Part shown: in pieces, positions 8,465-12,459 of the stretch
How the letters are laid out: each line of letters starts with the position of its first letter
Numbering within the stretch: position 1 is the stretch's first letter
Source: a bacterium
Lineage (GTDB): Bacteria > Muiribacteriota > UBA6191
Assembly (NCBI GenBank): GCA_036339875.1
Contig: JAYZAC010000070.1
Span: 1-12,459 of the forward strand
Length of the DNA stretch: 12,459 nt
Direction of reading: 5' to 3'
Made by a program: the position numbers and the translations under genes
Notes under the pieces: generated by a model
The model's database searches: none
What the model was told of the DNA's origin: nothing
The model's input: the letters and a program-made list of their open reading frames with translations, nothing else

Positions 8465-8766
8465 AATTTCTCCATTCGATTAATGAGATTTTGATAACCC
8501 TTGTTATCTTCTTGAAATAGGAAGCGCGCCACTCGTCCAACCGTTGTAGTGCTGGCTCCAGTTAATTCGCTGATTTCTCTATAACTATGATTTTTGGACC
8601 ATAAAAGTCGTGCAAGATTCCATCTTTCGGCCATTGCATTGAGTTCGGAGGGAGTACATAAATCTTTTAAGAAACCTTTAGTTTCTGCAGGACTTTCTAA
8701 AAGCTCAAGAGCCTTGAATAGATCCTCGAGATTTTGTTTATGATTCAGTGATCGATTTGGTCGCAT
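8461..8766 (-). CDS. YerC/YecD family TrpR-like transcriptional regulator (putative his operon repressor)
   Basis: FLKDLCTPSELNAMAERW and HTH SYREISELTGASTTTVGRVARFL are typical of the Trp-repressor-like family. SD GGAGGG upstream. Overlaps hisG by ATGA. Confidence 0.88.
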   Translation of the reverse strand: MRPNRSLNHKQNLEDLFKALELLESPAETKGFLKDLCTPSELNAMAERWNLARLLWSKNHSYREISELTGASTTTVGRVARFLFQEDNKGYQNLINRMEKL

Positions 8767-8776
8767 TCTCCCTCCC

Positions 8777-8804
8777 TGTTATAATGAATTAATACAATAA
8801 CACA
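8777..8804 (-). promoter_or_regulatory. Putative tandem operator for the TrpR-like regulator
   Basis: Imperfect 20-bp palindrome TGTATTAATTCATTATAACA (8796-8777, 14/20 symmetric), plus a second, TGTGTTATTGTATTAATTCA (8804-8785, 12/20), offset by 8 bp. They overlap the -10 element and the expected transcription start. Confidence 0.5.
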
Positions 8805-8821
8805 AATGGTAAAAATGTCAA
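8794..8821 (-). promoter_or_regulatory. Sigma70-type promoter of the his operon
   Basis: Perfect TTGACA (8821-8816), 16-nt spacer ending in an extended -10 TGn, then TATTGT (8799-8794). The -10 ends 27 nt upstream of the regulator ATG. Confidence 0.65.
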
Positions 8822-8848
8822 ACATAGGTGAGTAGGATAATCACTATT

Positions 8849-10864
8849 TTATTGATTCAATACTTTTTCACCAAGCACACTAATTTTCTTTAGAATTTCC
8901 TGGTGAGCAATCTGTAGAGCTTTGGGATCTGAGCTAATTAGATAAGTGATCGGACTGAAGTCTTTCATTTCGATGTAAGCTCTAATTTCTCTTAGAGCTG
9001 GAACATCTGAAATAGTAGTACTATGTAGCCTCGCGGTAAGTAACAACTGTTTCATTTGAAGTTGGACTTCCGCAGCATAATTCTTCCGTAATTTGACATA
9101 ACTAATAGCTCTTTCAAGTGATTTGAGGTTATCTTCGTGAACTCGTGTATGCATACTCACAACCTCATCTCGTTCCTTTTGATTATAGCCGTTTAAGATG
9201 TAGGCCATACTTCTTGTTGTAAAGCTTTTCGCTAGGTCAACTTTTTGTTTAATGTATTCATCTTCGTTAAGAAAATTAGTAATACCGTCTTGCTCAGCTT
9301 GTGATAAAAGACTTTCTAACTTGTCTCCTAGCTCGAGGGCACGAGTGCTTATTTTGGCTAGAAAACTGACATCCGTAGCTAATCCATCGATTCTTCTCTG
9401 AGCAAAGTCAAAGAATGATTGCAGATTTTTCTGTCTTTGTTTCAGATTGCCATCTGCACGGCTAATCATATCCAGATTAAATTCATTAATTTGGCGGATA
9501 CGTTCTTTTAATTCAGGAATCCTCTCGAGCGATCCAACATCATCATAATGGAGTTTTTCTATTTCTTTAATTTGATCTTGAATATTATCCTCGTGTTTAC
9601 GGACTTTAACCAAGTATTGAAACTCCGTCAGGGTCAATTGCATCCATTTGTCAGCCATTTCTGAAACTTGTTGAAGTCCAAATCTAAAATCGCCCTCACC
9701 AAGTTGGTGTAGAGGACCATAATCCGAAAGAACTTGAAGAAGTGTATTCATATTCAGTTTCTTTAAGCCTTCCACAGCTTTAGTCTGAGCAACTGTAAAA
9801 GCAATCTTACCTAAATCTAAAAATCTAACTCTTCGAAAAGTCATAGATATAATAGATTGCGTATTTTTGATCCATTGAGCACTATCATGCAATCGCTCGG
9901 CTAATTTTGACATTCGATCAAGGATTGCCTCGCTAGCTTTCCTACGCTTATTTAGTGCAAGTTGTACTTCTTCAGTATCATTACCAAGATACTGGTAATC
10001 GGACTCAGATATATTCGTAAAGAACTCCAGTTCTACGTAATCGCTGTAAAGACTAGATTCTGGAGCGGGTTCTTTTATCCCATAAGAAAGAAATTGATTC
10101 TTGATGTTTTTATATTGTGCAGTGATCTGTGATTGTGCTTGCTCAAAACTTATTGTATCTGAAGCAAATTTGAAGGAACTTCTACGATAGGCTTCGGCTA
10201 ATTTTCTAGCTTGACTTTGTACAACTGAAACTGGTTGGGAAGACCATTTTTTGATAGCCCAATTGATGAAACTTTTACGAGGATCTTCTTGCGTCGCAAT
10301 ATTTTGAAGAGCCTTGAAGTCATTTTCATCTACATTACGAACTTTTTTTTGCGATGAGCTTTGTGTAACCCCACCCCAAAATCCGGGCAATTCGTAAATT
10401 TCACGCAAATTATGGATTTTGACAAGATTTTCATAATTACTCAGTATTTTGCGGCAGCGCGTAACTTCAGAACTTGGGGACTCAGACTTTCTAGGTAACC
10501 AATTTTTCAAGGTAACTCTTTCACGCCATTTGAGCCCACTGAGAAAATTGTTTATTCGTTTACTCAGCGCACGAGTGCTAAATTTCGTTGAAGCCATACT
10601 AGTCTGCTCGACTAGTTGTCCATCTGGAGTATAAAGTGATAATTGCTGTTCGTCAGTCAGTGGAATGGAAAGATTGTTGGTCGAAGCAGCCCAAGGGGCA
10701 TTGCGTCGATCAATAAGATATATTACAGCATCCAGAACTCTACTTTGACTAGCTAAGGGTAAATTACTGAACGAGCCAAGCAATGAAGCATTAGTTTTAG
10801 TGCAGAATTTGGACGGTATTGCCACAGCTATCAAAGCGAGTGTCAATATTAATTTTGTCTTCAT
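8849..10864 (-). CDS. Hypothetical secreted, predominantly alpha-helical/coiled-coil protein (671 aa)
   Basis: Long uninterrupted ORF. The likely start is ATG 10864 (the ORF-track start at 10879 is a TTG). The N-terminus MKTKLILTLALIAVAIP...TNA resembles a Sec signal peptide. The body is L/E/K/Q/R-rich and amphipathic. No family recognised. Confidence 0.75.
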   Translation of the reverse strand: MKTKLILTLALIAVAIPSKFCTKTNASLLGSFSNLPLASQSRVLDAVIYLIDRRNAPWAASTNNLSIPLTDEQQLSLYTPDGQLVEQTSMASTKFSTRALSKRINNFLSGLKWRERVTLKNWLPRKSESPSSEVTRCRKILSNYENLVKIHNLREIYELPGFWGGVTQSSSQKKVRNVDENDFKALQNIATQEDPRKSFINWAIKKWSSQPVSVVQSQARKLAEAYRRSSFKFASDTISFEQAQSQITAQYKNIKNQFLSYGIKEPAPESSLYSDYVELEFFTNISESDYQYLGNDTEEVQLALNKRRKASEAILDRMSKLAERLHDSAQWIKNTQSIISMTFRRVRFLDLGKIAFTVAQTKAVEGLKKLNMNTLLQVLSDYGPLHQLGEGDFRFGLQQVSEMADKWMQLTLTEFQYLVKVRKHEDNIQDQIKEIEKLHYDDVGSLERIPELKERIRQINEFNLDMISRADGNLKQRQKNLQSFFDFAQRRIDGLATDVSFLAKISTRALELGDKLESLLSQAEQDGITNFLNEDEYIKQKVDLAKSFTTRSMAYILNGYNQKERDEVVSMHTRVHEDNLKSLERAISYVKLRKNYAAEVQLQMKQLLLTARLHSTTISDVPALREIRAYIEMKDFSPITYLISSDPKALQIAHQEILKKISVLGEKVLNQ

Positions 10865-10970
10865 AATTTTCCCATGCAATTAGGTGAAATATTTTCACAA
10901 TATTAAACCGTCTATGGCAAATAATATTTTATACCTCAGCTGAACTCTAAAATGTTAATACTTAAAGAAT

Positions 10971-11576
10971 TTAAGTTATTTGATCTTCAAAAATAACATC
11001 GGAGTAATCTAATTGACCGCCTCGCTCTCTTGCGGGCTGAGTGGCTTTACCGATAACAATAAACATACTTATGACGTGGTCTTCCGGAAGGGAAATTATT
11101 TTAGCTACTTTTTTGGAGTCGAATCCAACCATTGGGCAGCTATCGTAACCCATATCTTTGGCAGCTAGCATCAAGGTTTGAGCTGCAATGCCTGTTGATC
11201 TCATTGCTTCGTCTCTTTGAAGGCTTTCGTTATTCCCGTAAAATCCAGTAATCATAGGGATGAGTTTACCTTGTACTTCTTGTGGTGCATTTCGCCAGTA
11301 TCTCTCCGGCTGCTTTTCGTGAGCTTTTAGATCTGCGCACAAAACTACTAAAAGAGAGGCATCTTTTACTTGAGCCTGGTAATAACTAGCCTCGAAGATT
11401 TGCTGTCGTTTTTCTTTATCTCGCACTACAACGAAACGCCAATTTTGAATATTGAATGACGTAGGAGAAAGTAAGGTAGCTCCCATTAACTTCTTAATTT
11501 CTTGTTCGCTAAATTCATGTTTGGGGTCGAAATGTTTAATTGATCTTCGAGATTCTATTGCTTCAAAAGTTTGCAT
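10971..11576 (-). CDS. Nitroreductase family FMN-dependent NAD(P)H oxidoreductase (DrgA-like)
   Basis: RRSIKHF, SPTSFNIQNWRFVVV, AAQTLMLAAKDMGYDSCPMVGFD and C-terminal IGKA. Strong SD AGGAG. Confidence 0.93.
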   Translation of the reverse strand: MQTFEAIESRRSIKHFDPKHEFSEQEIKKLMGATLLSPTSFNIQNWRFVVVRDKEKRQQIFEASYYQAQVKDASLLVVLCADLKAHEKQPERYWRNAPQEVQGKLIPMITGFYGNNESLQRDEAMRSTGIAAQTLMLAAKDMGYDSCPMVGFDSKKVAKIISLPEDHVISMFIVIGKATQPARERGGQLDYSDVIFEDQIT

Positions 11577-11656
11577 GGATGCTCCTATAATTCAGCCAAA
11601 GAGTTTCATAAATTTCATATTCGGCAATAAATTATCATAACTTAGCATTTAAGGAC

Positions 11657-11685
11657 TAGACAGACTCGCTTATGATTCTTATGCT
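11657..11685 (+). promoter_or_regulatory. Putative sigma70-type promoter for the carboxypeptidase gene
   Basis: TAGACA (11657-11662), 17-nt spacer, TATGCT (11680-11685), followed by SD AGGAG (11697-11701) and ATG 11708. Confidence 0.55.
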
Positions 11686-11707
11686 CAGGTGTTTTTAGGA
11701 GTTATTT

Positions 11708-12459
11708 ATGACATCAGCTGTGGTTTATACCTTTCTTGTCTTTAGTTTGTTTGTTACTACGTATTGGGCGGCCCCAATTATATCTGTTCCCAATACCGAA
11801 AAAAATCGCGTCCTACTTGATAAATTAGGTTTGGATTATAGTTGTATGGGGAGTACTAAGGAAAAACTTAATTTTCATCTTGATGAAAAGGCTGAAAGAA
11901 TTTTGGAAAGGCATGGCAATCACAAAAAAGCTATTTTCGCCGACAGTACTCTGGCAGTCGCAGATGTGGAAGCTCAGTTCGAAGCATTGATGAATGAGGA
12001 TGATCTGGGCGTCTATCACACTTTTGCTGAGGTAGAATCTAAATTGCAGAACGCAGCAATGGTTTTTTCAGATTTGACCAATCTTAGTGTCATAGGAATG
12101 ACTTATGAGAGTCGTCCAATTTATCTTTTGGAGCTTACTAACAAGAAAAGTAAGCTCGAGAAAGTTAATTTTTTAGTTACAGGGACTCACCACGCCAGAG
12201 AATGGATTTCTACTGAAGTTCCTATGGCATTAATCGCAGATTTTTTAACGAAGTATGGAGAGGATGATGAGGTAACTACTCTCTTGGACACCTCTAGAAT
12301 ATTTGTAATACCTATGCTTAATCCCGATGGAGCGGTCTATTCGAGAAAGCAAAAAAGAATGTGGCGAAAGAACCGTAGTAAAAACCGTTGGGGCATGGGT
12401 GTGGATAATAATCGCAACTACAGCTACGAGTGGGGTGGATATGGCGCGAGTGCATCTTC
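11708..12459 (+). CDS. Secreted M14 family zinc carboxypeptidase (carboxypeptidase T-like), 3' partial
   Basis: Manual translation from ATG 11708 stays open to the window end. It gives a signal-like MTSAVVYTFLVFSLFVTTYWA, a propeptide-like region, then GVYHTFAEV, IGMTYESRPI, GTHHAREW (HxxE zinc ligands), PMLNPDG, MWRKNR and GVDNNRNY. Absent from the ORF track because there is no stop codon in the window. Confidence 0.92.
   Translation, partial: MTSAVVYTFLVFSLFVTTYWAAPIISVPNTEKNRVLLDKLGLDYSCMGSTKEKLNFHLDEKAERILERHGNHKKAIFADSTLAVADVEAQFEALMNEDDLGVYHTFAEVESKLQNAAMVFSDLTNLSVIGMTYESRPIYLLELTNKKSKLEKVNFLVTGTHHAREWISTEVPMALIADFLTKYGEDDEVTTLLDTSRIFVIPMLNPDGAVYSRKQKRMWRKNRSKNRWGMGVDNNRNYSYEWGGYGASAS

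Noticed and set aside
8824..8847. Weak hairpin (ATAGTGA...TCAC-C-TAT) after the large hypothetical gene as an intrinsic terminator
   Set aside because: Bulged AT-rich stem, 9-nt loop and poor U-tract.
8767..8848. His leader peptide/attenuator, T-box or riboswitch
   Set aside because: No His-codon run or strong hairpins, and the predicted 5' UTR is only about 20 nt.
10800..10864. Lipoprotein signal in the large hypothetical protein (Cys in PSKFC)
   Set aside because: The residues before the Cys do not fit the lipobox consensus [LVI][ASTVI][GAS]C.
670..12019. Short ORFs of 60-87 aa (670-900, 1176-1439, 1262-1447, 1889-2074, 3220-3447, 3608-3790, 3980-4201, 6475-6681, 6933-7136, 7689-7910, 10449-10634, 11452-11640, 11825-12019)
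   Set aside because: All are antisense or out-of-frame shadows of well-supported genes and show no recognisable motifs.
1..12459. CRISPR arrays, IS or transposase genes, tRNA/rRNA, long repeats
   Set aside because: None seen. The window is almost entirely coding, and the longest intergenic gap is about 130 bp.

Overview
AT-rich bacterial chromosomal window dominated by a complete, tightly coupled histidine biosynthesis operon on the minus strand: TrpR-like regulator (YerC/YecD family), hisG (long form), hisD, a hisC-hisB fusion, hisH, hisA, hisF, hisIE and hisN (IMPase-family phosphatase). The most unusual feature is a single 550-aa ORF joining histidinol-phosphate aminotransferase (HisC) to imidazoleglycerol-phosphate dehydratase (IGPD, the HisB C-domain). 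The HAD phosphatase domain normally fused to this type of IGPD is absent and appears to be replaced by a non-homologous hisN at the operon end. The leader has no His attenuator, but it has a sigma70-like promoter overlapped by a tandem, TrpR-operator-like sequence. Flanking genes are a convergent amidinotransferase-family (CtlX-like) hydrolase, a large secreted helical protein of unknown function, a nitroreductase, and a divergent secreted M14 zinc carboxypeptidase that runs off the window and is missing from the ORF track. I saw no RNA genes, mobile elements or CRISPR arrays.
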